From the NCBI GenBank assembly GCA_043228905.1, contig JBHGNT010000010.1:15810001-15874000 (forward strand): 64,000 nt of DNA. Direction: 5' to 3'. Each line of letters opens with the position of its first letter. The first letter of the stretch is position 1. The position numbers and the translations under genes are program-made. The DNA is from Azolla caroliniana (lineage: Eukaryota; Plantae; Polypodiophyta). Of the stretch, positions 9,516 through 21,558 are shown one piece after another. Below the pieces are notes generated by a model. That model saw only the letters and a program-made list of their open reading frames with translations. It did no database searches and was not told the DNA's origin.

Positions 9516-12500
9516 ACACACAAAAGACTTCTTATTCCACAAAGCAATAATACAACACCCAACCTTACAAAAAGGTTACAAGGTCACTATATATAGTGAC
9601 CGACTTATGGCAACTACCCTTTATGATAATTACACAAATGGCCTAAAGGGATAGTGTGAATACGTCCATTATACACTTGTATTCGACACTCCCCCGTAAT
9701 GGGCGTATACATGGGTTATCTAAGATTACAGGTATAGACTTAGGTTCTCGGACATATCAGCTTTGTTCGAGTCGGCAGGGTCCGAAGGCAGAAGACCGAA
9801 CTGGTCGGGTCGGAACAGTTGAAGCCGATCATTGAGGAACTGATGTCGGTTGTCGGGAACCATCCTGCGCTGTGTCCGGCTCTAACCGGACTGGTTTGTC
9901 GTTACGCCCATCTGATGCCGAAGAGACCGAAAGCGGTCTGCCGAAAGACACTTGGTCATTCCATCTGCGACATTGTCGGTTGTGGATATTTTCTCTAGAC
10001 CGATTTTCCCTGAAATGACGCAGTCCCGAACGAAGTGATATCGAACGTCGATATGTTTGGAGGCGTTGTGGTGAACCGGATTTTTCGACAAGGCAACAGC
10101 ACCTTGACTGTCGCTATAGACAACTGGAGCCGAGTCATGGTCGACTTGTCGAAACGTGTGCGCCAGCCGACCGAGCCACAAAGCTTCTTTTGCTGCGTCG
10201 GACGCAGCTACATATTCTGCTTCGGTCGTTGAGGTCGCTGTGCACTCCTGAAGTTTCGACTTCCACGAGATTGCTCCATTGCCGAATTTGAAGCAGTATC
10301 CGGTTGTTGATTTCCGACTGTCTATACAGCCGGCGAAGTCCGAGTCGGTGTAACCGACTACGCCTGAGGTTCGGTTCGGACCGAAAAGAATGCCATGGTC
10401 TTTTGTGCCAGCCAGATATCTGAACACATGCTTGACTGCGTTCCAATGCGATCGGCCAGGATTGTGCATAAATCTGCTAACGACTCCTACGGCATGAGAA
10501 ATATCAGGCCGTGTCGCGACCATCAGGTACATAAGGGAGCCGACTGCCGGTGCATACGGTACCGACTTCATATCTTCCCCCTCCGGGCCGGATGTCGGGC
10601 AGTCTCGCTGAGAGAGCCGAAGATTCATTGGGAGCGGGGTTGAAGCAGATTTGGCTGATTGCATGTTGAAGCGTTCCAAGACACGTCCGATATAGTCGGT
10701 CTGAGACAAAAAAAGATGTCGTTTATCGCGATGCCGACTAATCTTCATGCCAAGTATGTGTCGTGCCGGACCGAGGTCCTTCATGGCAAACTTCAACCGC
10801 AGTTGCCGAATGAGATCGGCAAGTTCGCCCGCGTGGCGTCCAGAGATTAGCATGTCGTCCACGTAAATGATGAGGAAGATGGGTGATCCATCTTGAGCTG
10901 TGTTGGTGAAGAGACAATGGTCCTCATCGCTTTTGGAGAAGCCGATCGATTGGATGAAGTCGTCGAACTTCTTGTACCATTGTCGCGGTGCCTGTTTGAG
11001 GCCGTATAGACTCTTCCTGAGTCGGCAGACTAGATGTTCTTGGCCAGGTGCCACGAAGCCTTTTGGCTGCTCCATATAAATTTCCTCCTCGAGATCACCA
11101 TGGAGGAAGGTTGTTTTGACATCTAGCTGAATCAGCTCCAAGTTGTCGGTTGCCACTACGCCGAGTAGAAAACGAAGGGTTGTCATTTTCACCACTGGTG
11201 AAAAAATCTCGTCGAAGTCGACGCCATATTCTTGTCGGAAGCCCTTCGCAACTAATCTGGCCTTGTACTTTGGGGTGGTCGAATCAGACGTCTCTTTTAG
11301 TCGATAAACCCACTTGCAAGGAAGAGCACGTCGGTTCCTAGGTAATTCGACCAGATCCCAAGTCTTGTTTGCCCGAATGGAGTGCATTTCCGACTCCATC
11401 GCCAGATGCCAGGTGACGGAATCGACAGATGTCGATGCTTCTTCGTAAGACGTCGGTTCGCCGGCGTCGGTGAAGAAAATTCCAGGAGAATACCTCTCCG
11501 GAGGTTGCGACAGTCTCTCGGATCGTCGAGGTATGATTGGACTGGTCGCATCGGGTATCAAGGTCGGATGGTCCGAAAGCGGATTGTTCTGTTGTGACGA
11601 GTCGGAGTTGTCCGAGTCGGTAGTGTAAGGTTCAGCTACCTGTGAAGCTGACCGTGTGTTGAGAGCGGGGCCTTCTTGAAGGGTCGGCACATCGGAAAAT
11701 GTTACCCTTCGGACTTCGATCGGTTTTTCGACTGATGGATTCATAGCCGACTCGTTGAACACAACGTCCGAACTTCGGACGATTTGTCTGCGTTCGGGAT
11801 CCCAGAGTCGGTATCCCATTTCGCCGTCGGATCCATATCCAAGGAAAATGCATTTCCTGGACCGAGGTGCAAGTTTTCGGCGATCATCTTTCGGAATAAG
11901 GGCGTACGCCTCGCATCCGAAGATCCTCAGCTTGTCGTAATTCGGCTTACCGCCGATCCATCGTTCCTGAGGAATTTGAAGTCCTAGAGGTCTACTTGGC
12001 GACATATTGATTATGTGTACTGCCGTGAGTAGAGCCTCTGCCCAGAAGCCATCCGACAGTCCGGAGTGTTGGAGCATGGAAACTATCCGTTCTTGGATTG
12101 TCCGATTCATTCGTTCTGCAATCCCGTTTTGCTCCGGACTGTGTGGTGCCGTAAATTCACGTCGGATGCCGCGTTGTCGGCAGAATTTGACGAATTCTTC
12201 TGATTTGAACTCTCCCCCATTGTCTGTCCGAAGGCATTTCAGTTTTCGGTCAGTTTGATTTTCTACCATAGCGAGCCAATCGGAGAAGATCGAGAAGACA
12301 CGATCTTTGGTGCGAATTGGATAAGCCCACACCTTTCGAGTCGAATCGTCAATAAAACTGACGAAGTAAGAGGCACCGCCAAGAGACTGATGCGGCATCG
12401 GGCCACAGACGTCCGAGTGGACCAAATCGAGAGGTCTCGTTTCTCTTGGTGCTAATGTCGGGTGTGATGCGGCTGCTTGTTTGCCATACTGGCAATGCTC

Positions 12501-14662
12501 GCAGAATTGATGGTCGGAGAAGGAGAGTTTGGGGATGTATCCGGCTCTAGATAGATGCGTGATGCCGGCCTTGCTGAGGTGTCCTAATCTTCTGTGCCAT
12601 AGTGATGACACAGGAATATCCACCAGAAACAGGTTACCCTCTCTGAGCGTAACATGTAACGGATACAGGGAGTGTATCTTGGGTCCTCTAGCAAGCAGGA
12701 GGTTCCCCCTGTGGAGTGTCCACCCTCCCGAAGAAAAACCGGCACGAATGCCGTCTTCATCTAGTTGTCCGACTGAGATCAATGGCCTTGAGAGCTCGGG
12801 TACATGTCGGACATTGTGGAGTACAAGTGTAGAGCCACCTGCAAGGTTGAGCTCTACTGTGCCGATTCCGATGATGTCACAGTGTTGCGAGTTACCGACT
12901 CGAACTGAGTCGGAGTGACGGATCGTATATTGCCGAAATTGGGATCGATGAGGAGTCACGTGAAATGACGCGCCCGAATCTAAGAGCCATGTGCTGGACT
13001 CTTCAGTCGTGAGTAGAACTTCTGATCCGACTGGATTTTCGATTGATAGTATATTCGGGTCGTCTGGTAGCACATCAGCTGAGAAGCTGACGTAATTGAT
13101 CTCCTCATGCCGGCCACTCTTCTTGTTGTTCTTGTTCTTGAGTGCGCGGCAGTCGGCTTTGATGTGTCCGGGTTTCTTGCAATAGTTGCAGATTCGGTTA
13201 TCCCGTGACTGGCTCCGTCTTCGCTGATTGTTCGGCGGCCGTGAGGAATCTCTTCCTCGTATGTTCGATCGGTCTGTCGAACCTTGTACTACATAAGCGT
13301 CGTCTGTTGAGTCTTTGGCGAAAGACTTTCTCCGAGCTGCTTCGGTCAGGATTGCGCTCGTGACTTCGGAGTATTTAACAGCCGTGGTTGACGCGTTGCA
13401 CACGGTTGTGACGAAAGTTTCCCATGATGAGGGAAGGCTACTCATGAGTATCATTGCTCTGAGTTCATCCTCGATTGCCGTCCCCTGTGACGAGATTTGG
13501 GAGCTTATGCTTTCGTACTCATTTAGGTGTGCTTGAACCGAGTCGGATTCTTTCATCCGCAAGTTGTAGAGGCGCCGGATCAGAAACATCTTTGTTGCGG
13601 CGACCTTCTTTTCGTAAGTGTCCGACAGTGTTTTCCACAGTTCGAATGCTGTCGTACACGATTGCACCGTAAAGTATACCGATTCCGATAGGTGCATCCG
13701 AATCGTGGCGCGGACGATTCTGTCCAGCTTCTGCCACTCAATTGGTTTGTATCCTTCTGGAGGTTCTTCATTTTCGATGGGATCGATTTGCCCCTTGACT
13801 ATGAGATAGTCCTGCATTTGTTCCTTCCAGAAGTTGAAGTTTGATCCATCGAACTTGCGTAGACTCATTTCTGACGAGCCGGATGTTGATGCCATCAAAT
13901 TTGGTTTCGGTTGACGGAGCTCGGTTCGGAGTTGACTACGAACCTTGTTGGAGTGCAGTCGGTTGGCTCACCCGATATCGTTCTAGTCGGATTTGAACCC
14001 GAGTCGGTTCGGCTTCGGAACTTGCTCGAATTGACTCCGGTAGCTTGAGGGACAGAACCGACTGGTCTTCCCGAATGTTGCCGAGTCGGAGTGAGCCCGG
14101 TTCGCTTCGGATATATATATGCCGAATACCGATTATTGAAACCGATTATCTGGACCGATTCTGCTTCGGGTGGCTGCAGCGACGAGAGAGACAGATCCAA
14201 CTGATCCTCCCGAATGTCGATCAGCCGGATGAAGCGCGAATTGGGGTTGTTGTCTTGAGACCGATCTGCACCGAGTGGTTACAACGAGCGGCGAGCAGCG
14301 TTTAATGACCTTTTCGGATGCTGTTTAACCGAGTGGAGCACGATCATGTCAATGTTGCACAAGGGGATTTCACCTCGAGCGGTTACGATCACAAGGAACA
14401 GAGTACAACCTGCTGGCTTACTCCAAGCGAAGATGATCTAACGCGATGAGATGCAAGCCTCGTTTTTCTTCTTCTTCTCTCTTCTTCGAATGACGCAAGA
14501 AACCGAATGCTGTGCAGGCTGAGACGACGGCCGACAGCGGGATGAAGGACCGAATACTGTGCAGGCTCTGATACCAGATGTTGGAGACGAGGTCGTCAAT
14601 GCGGAAGATCAAGAAGCATTCGATTCTTGTTGAATACCTGCGTATGACAGATTGTAGGTCGT

Positions 14663-14706
<44 letters not shown>

Positions 14707-14875
14707 ACAAAAGACTTCTTATTCCACAAAGCAATAATACAACACCCAACCTTACAAAAAGGTTACAAGGTCACTATATATAGTGACCGACTTAGGGCAA
14801 CTACCCTTTATGATAATTACACAAATGGCCTAAAGGGATAGTGTGAATACGTCCATTATACACTTGTATTCGACA
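9394..14875 (-). mobile_element. Element D: intact, very young Ty1/copia related to B
   Basis: LTRs 14,579-14,875 and 9,394-9,688 differ only in the microsatellite and one visible SNP. PBS 14,565-14,576; PPT 9,689-9,697; GGTTG on both sides. Confidence 0.96.
9882..13895 (-). CDS. Uninterrupted copia Gag-Pol polyprotein (about 1,337 aa)
   Basis: CNYCKKPGHIKADC, WLLDSGAS, LWHRRLGH..CEHC, HSDVCG/TDNGGEF/AERMNRT, YVDD, YTDSD/TEAEY/SDSQ/ADGMTK; no stop or frameshift. Confidence 0.95.
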   Translation of the reverse strand: MASTSGSSEMSLRKFDGSNFNFWKEQMQDYLIVKGQIDPIENEEPPEGYKPIEWQKLDRIVRATIRMHLSESVYFTVQSCTTAFELWKTLSDTYEKKVAATKMFLIRRLYNLRMKESDSVQAHLNEYESISSQISSQGTAIEDELRAMILMSSLPSSWETFVTTVCNASTTAVKYSEVTSAILTEAARRKSFAKDSTDDAYVVQGSTDRSNIRGRDSSRPPNNQRRRSQSRDNRICNYCKKPGHIKADCRALKNKNNKKSGRHEEINYVSFSADVLPDDPNILSIENPVGSEVLLTTEESSTWLLDSGASFHVTPHRSQFRQYTIRHSDSVRVGNSQHCDIIGIGTVELNLAGGSTLVLHNVRHVPELSRPLISVGQLDEDGIRAGFSSGGWTLHRGNLLLARGPKIHSLYPLHVTLREGNLFLVDIPVSSLWHRRLGHLSKAGITHLSRAGYIPKLSFSDHQFCEHCQYGKQAAASHPTLAPRETRPLDLVHSDVCGPMPHQSLGGASYFVSFIDDSTRKVWAYPIRTKDRVFSIFSDWLAMVENQTDRKLKCLRTDNGGEFKSEEFVKFCRQRGIRREFTAPHSPEQNGIAERMNRTIQERIVSMLQHSGLSDGFWAEALLTAVHIINMSPSRPLGLQIPQERWIGGKPNYDKLRIFGCEAYALIPKDDRRKLAPRSRKCIFLGYGSDGEMGYRLWDPERRQIVRSSDVVFNESAMNPSVEKPIEVRRVTFSDVPTLQEGPALNTRSASQVAEPYTTDSDNSDSSQQNNPLSDHPTLIPDATSPIIPRRSERLSQPPERYSPGIFFTDAGEPTSYEEASTSVDSVTWHLAMESEMHSIRANKTWDLVELPRNRRALPCKWVYRLKETSDSTTPKYKARLVAKGFRQEYGVDFDEIFSPVVKMTTLRFLLGVVATDNLELIQLDVKTTFLHGDLEEEIYMEQPKGFVAPGQEHLVCRLRKSLYGLKQAPRQWYKKFDDFIQSIGFSKSDEDHCLFTNTAQDGSPIFLIIYVDDMLISGRHAGELADLIRQLRLKFAMKDLGPARHILGMKISRHRDKRHLFLSQTDYIGRVLERFNMQSAKSASTPLPMNLRLSQRDCPTSGPEGEDMKSVPYAPAVGSLMYLMVATRPDISHAVGVVSRFMHNPGRSHWNAVKHVFRYLAGTKDHGILFGPNRTSGVVGYTDSDFAGCIDSRKSTTGYCFKFGNGAISWKSKLQECTATSTTEAEYVAASDAAKEALWLGRLAHTFRQVDHDSAPVVYSDSQGAVALSKNPVHHNASKHIDVRYHFVRDCVISGKIGLEKISTTDNVADGMTKCLSADRFRSLRHQMGVTTNQSG

Positions 14876-15543
14876 GGTTGGTTGTTATTTGTAACTGTTG
14901 CTATTAAGAAATAAAATGTTTCTTTGTGCCTATCTCTCTGTCTCAGTCTGTGTGTATCTTGTTTATTCTCATACATAGGTCCTTCAACATCACAAATGTT
15001 GTTTGTTCTTCCGCACTGACAACATTGTCCCCAACATTTGGTATCAGAGCGTTGGAGGTTCTTCAACCCGTTGTCGGCCGTCATAGTACACCACACAACA
15101 TTTTGGTTCTGTTTTCTTGAAGAACAAAGAAGAGAGAAGACAAACAAGAAGCCTGCATCTCACTGTGTTAAATCACTAATTGGAGTAAGCTAGCCAGTTG
15201 TACTCTGATCCTGTGATTGTAACCACTTGAGATTGGTCTCCAGGCAACAACCAAATTCGTGCTTCATTCGGCTGATCGACATTCGGGAGGATCCGTCCCT
15301 CTAATCGTTGCAGTCATCCGACGCAGAATCGTCCTAAACAATCGGTTTCTTGTGATCGGTATTCGGCATACAATCGGAAGCTAACCTGAGTCACTCCAAG
15401 AAGGTTCAGCAAACAAGTATCCAAAACCAAACCGACTCGAGTTCAAGACCGACTAGAACGATATCGGGTGAGCCGACCGGTTGCACCCCACTAAGGTTCC
15501 TAGTCAACTCCAAACACAGTCTTACCAAACGAAACCGAATAAG

Positions 15544-18500
15544 ATGGCATCAACATCCGGCTCATCGGAGATGAGTCTAAGGAGGTTTTACGGTTCGAAC
15601 TTCAACTTCTGGAAGGAACAAATGCAGGACTATCTCATAGTCAAGGGTCAGATAGACCCGATTGAGAATGAAAATCCTCCAGAAGCATACAAGGCAAACG
15701 AGTGGCTAAAGCTGGACAGAATCATCCGCGCCAGGATTCGGATGCACTTGTCGGAATCAGTGTACTTCACAGTGCAATCATGCTCGACAACTTTTGAACT
15801 TTGGAAAACATTGTCGGAAACTTATGAAAAGAAGGTCGCCACAACGAAGATGTATCTGATCCGGCGCCTCTACAACTTGCGGATGAAAGAATCTGATTCG
15901 GTTCAGGCACACCTCAACGAGTACGAAAGCCTAAGCTCCCAAATATCGTCTCAGGGGACGGCAATAGAGGATGAACTCAGAGCAATGATACTCACGAGTA
16001 GTCTCCCCTCTTCTTGGGAAACTTTCGTCACAACCGTGTGCAATGCTTCAACAACTGCCATTAAGTACTACGAAATCACGAGCGCAATCCTGACTGAAGC
16101 GGCTCGGAGAAAGTCTTTTGCCAAATACTTGGCAGATGAAGTTTACGTAGTACAAGGTTCGACCGACCGATCGAACAACTGGGGAAGAAGCTCTTCCCAA
16201 CCGCCGAACAATCAGCGAAGTCGGAGCAAGTCCCAAGACAACTGAATCTGCAACTACTGCAAGAAACCGGGACACATCAAAGCCAACTGTTGGGCACTCA
16301 AAGAAAAAACCGACAAAGCTCAGAGAGCAGATCAGAAGAGTAGCCGTCATGAGGAGGTCAACTACGTCGGCTCTTCAACCGAAATTTTGACGACCAACCC
16401 GAACATATTGTCCATAGAGAACCTAGTTGAATCAGAAGTTCTACTTACAACTAAGGAATCGAGCACATGGCTCCTGGACTCGGGCGCATCATATCATGTG
16501 ACACCTCACCAATCTCAGTTTCGGCAATACTCGGACCGGCACTCCGACTCAGTTCGAGTCGGGAACTCGCAACATTGTGCCATAATCGGAATTGGCACCA
16601 TAGAGCTCAACCTTCCGGGTGGCTCTACACTCGTACTACACAACGTCTGACACGTTCCTAGGCTTTCAAGACCCTTGATCTCAGTCGGACAGCTTGACGA
16701 AGCCGGCATCCGTGTCGGGTTCTCATCGGGAGGGTGGACACTCCACAAAGGGAACCTCCTGCTTGCTCGAGGACCAAAGGTACACTCTTTGTACCCTTTA
16801 TATGTCACACTCAAAGAGGGTGACTTATTTTTGGTTGATATCCCCGTGTCATCGTTATGGCACGAATGACTTGGACACCTCAGCAAGGCTGGCATAACGC
16901 ACTTATCCAGAGCCGATTACATCCCCAAGCTCTCCTTCTCGGATCACCAATTCTGCAAGCATTTCCAGTACGACAAACAAGTAGCCGCATCACACCCGAC
17001 ATCAGCACCAAGAGAATCGAGTCCCCTAAATTTGTTCCACTCAGACGTCTGTGGCCCGATGCCACATCAGTCTCTTGGTGGTGCTTCGTACTTCGTTAGT
17101 TTTATTGACAACTCGACTCAAAAGGTGTGGGCTTACCCCATTAGAACCAAAGATCGGGTGTTCTAGACCTTCTCCGAATGGCTTGCAATGGTCGAAAACC
17201 AAACCGGTCGGAAACTAAAATGTCTCCGAACCGATAATGGAGGAGAATTCAAATCTGACGAATTCGTCAAATTTTGCCAGGAACGCGGCATTCGACGTGA
17301 ATGTACAACACCCTATAGTCCGAAGCAGAACGGAATCGTTGAGCGCATGAATCGGACGATTCAAGAACGCATAGTATCCATGCTCCAACACTCCGGACTG
17401 TCGGATGGCTTCTGGGCGGAGGCTCTACTCACGGCAGTACACATAATAAATATGTTGCCAAGTAGACCTCTAGGACTTAAAATACCTCAGGAAACATGGA
17501 TTGGCAGTAAGCCGAATTATGACAAGCTGAGGATCTTCTGCTGCAAGGTGTATGCCCTCATACCGAAAGACGACTGCCGGAAACTCGAACCAAGATCAAG
17601 GAAATGTGTTTTCCTTGGATATGGACCCAACGACAAGATTGGATACCGACTCTGGGACCCCAAGCACAGACAAATCGTCCGAAGTTCGGACGTCGTGTTC
17701 AACGAGTCGGCTATGCATAAAACGGCCAAAAGGCCTATTGAAGTCCGAAGGGTAATATTTTCCAAAGTGCCAACCCTTCATGAAGGCCCAACCCACAACA
17801 CGAGATTGGTTTCACGGGTAACCGACATCCGTCCTGAATCCACCGATTCAGCACAGCCGAATGGCTCGGCTTCCGACCATCCGACACCTATACCCGGTGC
17901 GACCAGTCCAGTCAACCTCGAAGATCCGAGAGACTATCGCAACCTCCGGAAAGGTACTCTCCCAGAATCTTCTTTACCGACGCCGGCAAACCGACGCCCT
18001 ACGAAGAAGCATCGGCATCTGCCGACTCAGCCACCTGGCATCGGGCGATGGAGTCGGAAATGCACTCCATTTGCACAAACAAGAATTGGGACTTGGTCGA
18101 ATTACCGAAGAATCGACGTGCTCTCCCATGTAAGTGGGTCTATCGACTAAAAGAGACGTCTGACTCGACCAACCCAAAGTACAAGGCCAGATTAGTTGCG
18201 AAGGGATTTCGACAAGAATATGGCGTCGACTTCGACAAAATCTTTTCACCAGTGGTGAAAATGACAACCCTTCATTTCATGCTCGGCGTCGTGGCCGCCA
18301 ACAACTTGGAGTTGATTCAGCTAGATGTAAAAATGACATTCCTCCACGGTGACCTATAGGAGGAAATCTATATGGAGCAGCCAAAAGGCTTTGTGGCATC
18401 CAGCCAAGAACATCTAGTGTGCCGACTCAGGAAGAGTTTATACGGCCTGAAACAGACACCCCGACAATGGTACAAGAAGTTCGACGACTTCATCCAGTCG

Positions 18501-19572
18501 GTCGGCTTCTCCAAGAGCTATGAGGACCACTGTCTCTTCACCAAAACAGCTCAAGACAGGTCTCTCGTCTTCCTCATCATTTACGTGGATGACATGCTAC
18601 CCTCCGGACGACATGCCGGAGAGCTCACCGACCTCATTTGGAAATTGTGGTTGAAGTTTGCCATGAAGGACCTCGGTTCGGCAAGACACATACTTGGTAT
18701 GAAGATTAGATTTCGGCATTGCGATAAACGACAACTTTTCTTGTCTCAAACCGACTACATCGAACGTGTCTTAGAACGCTTCAACATGCACTCAACCAAG
18801 TCTGCTTCAACCCCACTCCCCATCAACCTTCGGCTGTCTCAGTGAGAATGCATGACATCCGGTCTTGAGGGGGAAGATATGAAGTCGGTACCATATGCAC
18901 CAGTAGTCGGCTCCCTTATGTACGCGATGGTCGCGACACGGCCTGATATTTCTCACGTCGTAGGAGTCATCAGCAGATTCATGCACAACCCAGGCCGATC
19001 GCACTGGAACACAGTCAAGCATGTGTTCAGATATCTAGTTGGCACAAAAGACCACGACATTCTCTTTGGCCCGAACTCAACCTCGGGCATAGTCGGTTAC
19101 ACCGACTCGGACTTCGCCAGTTGCGTGGACAGTCAGAAATCAACAACTGGATATTGTTTCAAATTCAGCAATGGAGCAATCTCGTGGAAGTCGAAACTTC
19201 AGGAGTGCACAACCACCTCAACGACCGAAGTGGAATATGTATTTGCGTCCGACGCGGCAAAAGAAGCCTTATGGCTCGGTCAGTTGGCGCAGACGTTTCG
19301 ACAAGTCAACCTCGACTCGGCTCCAGTTGTCTACAACAACAGTCAGGGTGTTGTTGCTTTGTCAAAAAATCCGATTTACCACAACACCTCCAAGTATATC
19401 AACGTTCGATATCACTTTGTTCGGGACTGCGTCATTTCAGGGAAAATCGGTCTCAAGAACTTAGATATCCACAACCGATAATGTCACAGATGGAATGACT
19501 AAGTGTTTTTCGGCGGATCGCTTCCGATCCCTTCGGCATCAGATGGGCGTAACGAAAAATCGGTGCAGTTAA
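15544..19572 (+). pseudogene. Gag-Pol of B with multiple stops and frameshifts
   Basis: Starts MASTSGSSEMSLR like D; fragments carry DSGAS, TDNGGEF and YVDD; stops at 16,245, 16,650 and 16,869 among others. Confidence 0.92.
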
Positions 19573-19960
19573 AGTCGGACACACAGCACATGATGGTTTC
19601 GGACAACCGACATCGGTCCCTTGAGGATCGGCTTCAGCTCTTCCGTCCCGACCGGTTCGGTCTTCTGTCTTCAAATCTTGCCGACTTGAACAAAACCGAT
19701 CTGTCCGATAAACCATGTACATACCTGTAATTTCAGATAACCCATGTATACGCCCATTACGGGGGAGTGTTGAATACGAGTGTATAATGGCCGTATTCAC
19801 ACTGTCCCTTTGGAAAGCCCAAGTTTGGGCTATTTCTGTAAATAGCATAAAGGGCAGTTGCCCTAGGATAGTCACTATATAAAGTGACTTTGTAACCTTT
19901 AGTGGAAGGTTGATTGTTATTTGTAATTGTTGCTATTAAGAAATAAAATGTTTCTTTGTG

Positions 19961-20011
<51 letters not shown>

Positions 20012-21558
20012 GTATATTGTTTATTCTCATACACAGGTCCTTCAACATCACAAATGTTGTTTGTTCTTCCACACTGACGATCTTGTCCCCAACACGTGAG
20101 ACCCAAGAGACAGAAGATGATGGTAGGGCAGCGAAGGTCCAAGCTACTGCAAATAACGATGTTGGGGAGTGGCCGAAAAATACATATGGATCTCTCCACA
20201 CTTGTTCTGGAGACTTGGGCATTAACCGATGTAAGACCCAAGAGAAGGACAATGAAAACGAAGAAGCAAGGGTTGAAGCTGATGTGTGGGAGGAAGAGGT
20301 TAAGCAAAGCATAGAGACAAAAGTCGATGCATACAACAAAGAGTCTGAGCAAAGTATGACAAGGGATGACGATGGCCAAGCGAGCCATCAGGATCTGAAG
20401 GATGTGATCAAAACATCTAGCAAAGATGCTAGTGTGATGATTGTCAACTCTAACATGAGATTGTATCATGAAACTGGACAAAGTGAGAAATATAGAGCAT
20501 GGTCGTGTAAGGATCTCGAAGTGGGCATGCACTTGAAGGTACTACATGGGGTAGTCAATGTCATTATTCAGATAAAGGCTTGGGGAGAAAGACATAAAAC
20601 AAAAATGTGTGATGGGTCAAAGTGCCTTGAGCAAGGAGACGATCGAGACAAGCGTGGAACATGCATAAAGCCTAAACAGTTATGTTCAGAAGGAGAACAA
20701 GGGGCCATGACAACTAGTCATGGTAAGGCAAAGAATGAGGGAATGATATTGTGGATTGGGTGGCGATAATGGTTCGAGTGAAGGGAATGGACATGCTCGA
20801 AATGGAGGAATCGTACAAATCACCGTAGCCGAAATCTCACACTCTCTTCTTGGCATGTACCAGAGGACGTGCGGTTTGGTGGGGGTGGATGTCGTGAAGA
20901 TTTTCGGCAACGGTGTGAAAATTGTGTGCAACAAACGAAATCGAGAAGGTGCAAGGTGCACGTGTGAAAGGGGTGAATTAGCATGTTGTAAATAGGACTG
21001 AAATGAGAATCGTAAAAGAAAAGCTAGATGTAAAGTTAAACATATGCACGTGTGATGTGCGCTCAATTGTAAATATAAAAATAAAACTAAAGCCTAGTAA
21101 CATTTAAGTGCATACATAGGGGTAGAAGCAAGGCTTGAACCTTGCACCTCCAAGAGAAGAGACAAATTAACTTACCACTAAAGCCACTATTGAGTGCTAT
21201 AAAATTTGTATATTTTCTTTTCATATTCAATATTTTGTAGGAAGCAAACATATAGAAACCGTGGGCACAAAACCATGGTTTTTGCATGGAGAGACCTATA
21301 AAAGCCTATAGTTGGGCTTGTGTAAGGGAAGCAAGTGATGTAAGTAAAAAAGAAACTTTTAATCAAAGATCTGAGTTATCCTAATGCTTACGTATCTTGT
21401 CTCGTAAAACTAAAGTCAAGGGTTCAATCTCTCTCTCTTCATCCATCTATCTATCTTCAATACTTTCTCGCTTACGTTGTTAAAAACATCGAATCCTTCC
21501 GGTCCAGGACCCCAGTGGTCCCACTTCATTTCGCGAGCATGTGAGGATTTCCTAGACA

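Larger units (their letters stand above)
3701..20094 (+). mobile_element. Element B: full-length degenerate Ty1/copia
   Basis: 5' LTR 3,701-3,845 plus 14,881-15,036; 3' LTR 19,768-20,094. PBS TGGTATCAGAGC 15,039-15,050 (tRNA-iMet); PPT ACGGGGGAG. TSD TGTGA/CGTGA (3,696-3,700 and 20,095-20,099). Six differences in the first 145 LTR bases. Confidence 0.93.
981..21558 (+). mobile_element. Element A: non-autonomous Ty3/gypsy-type LTR retrotransposon (gag-like ORF, no pol) hosting nested copia elements
   Basis: 5' LTR (visible part 981-2,050) aligns with 3' LTR 20,890-21,558. PBS at 2,058-2,075; PPT GGTGGGGGTGGA before 20,890. Its own internal DNA is only about 2.4 kb (2,051-3,700 plus 20,095-20,889) and shows no RT, RNase H or integrase motifs. 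Confidence 0.85.

Noticed and set aside
5413-13809. Numerous short antisense and overlapping ORFs in copia coding regions
   Set aside because: Shadow ORFs of GC-rich pol sequence with no recognisable motifs.
19927-20094. Start of the 280-aa ORF
   Set aside because: Chance read-through from B's 3' LTR microsatellite into element A's interrupted ORF.
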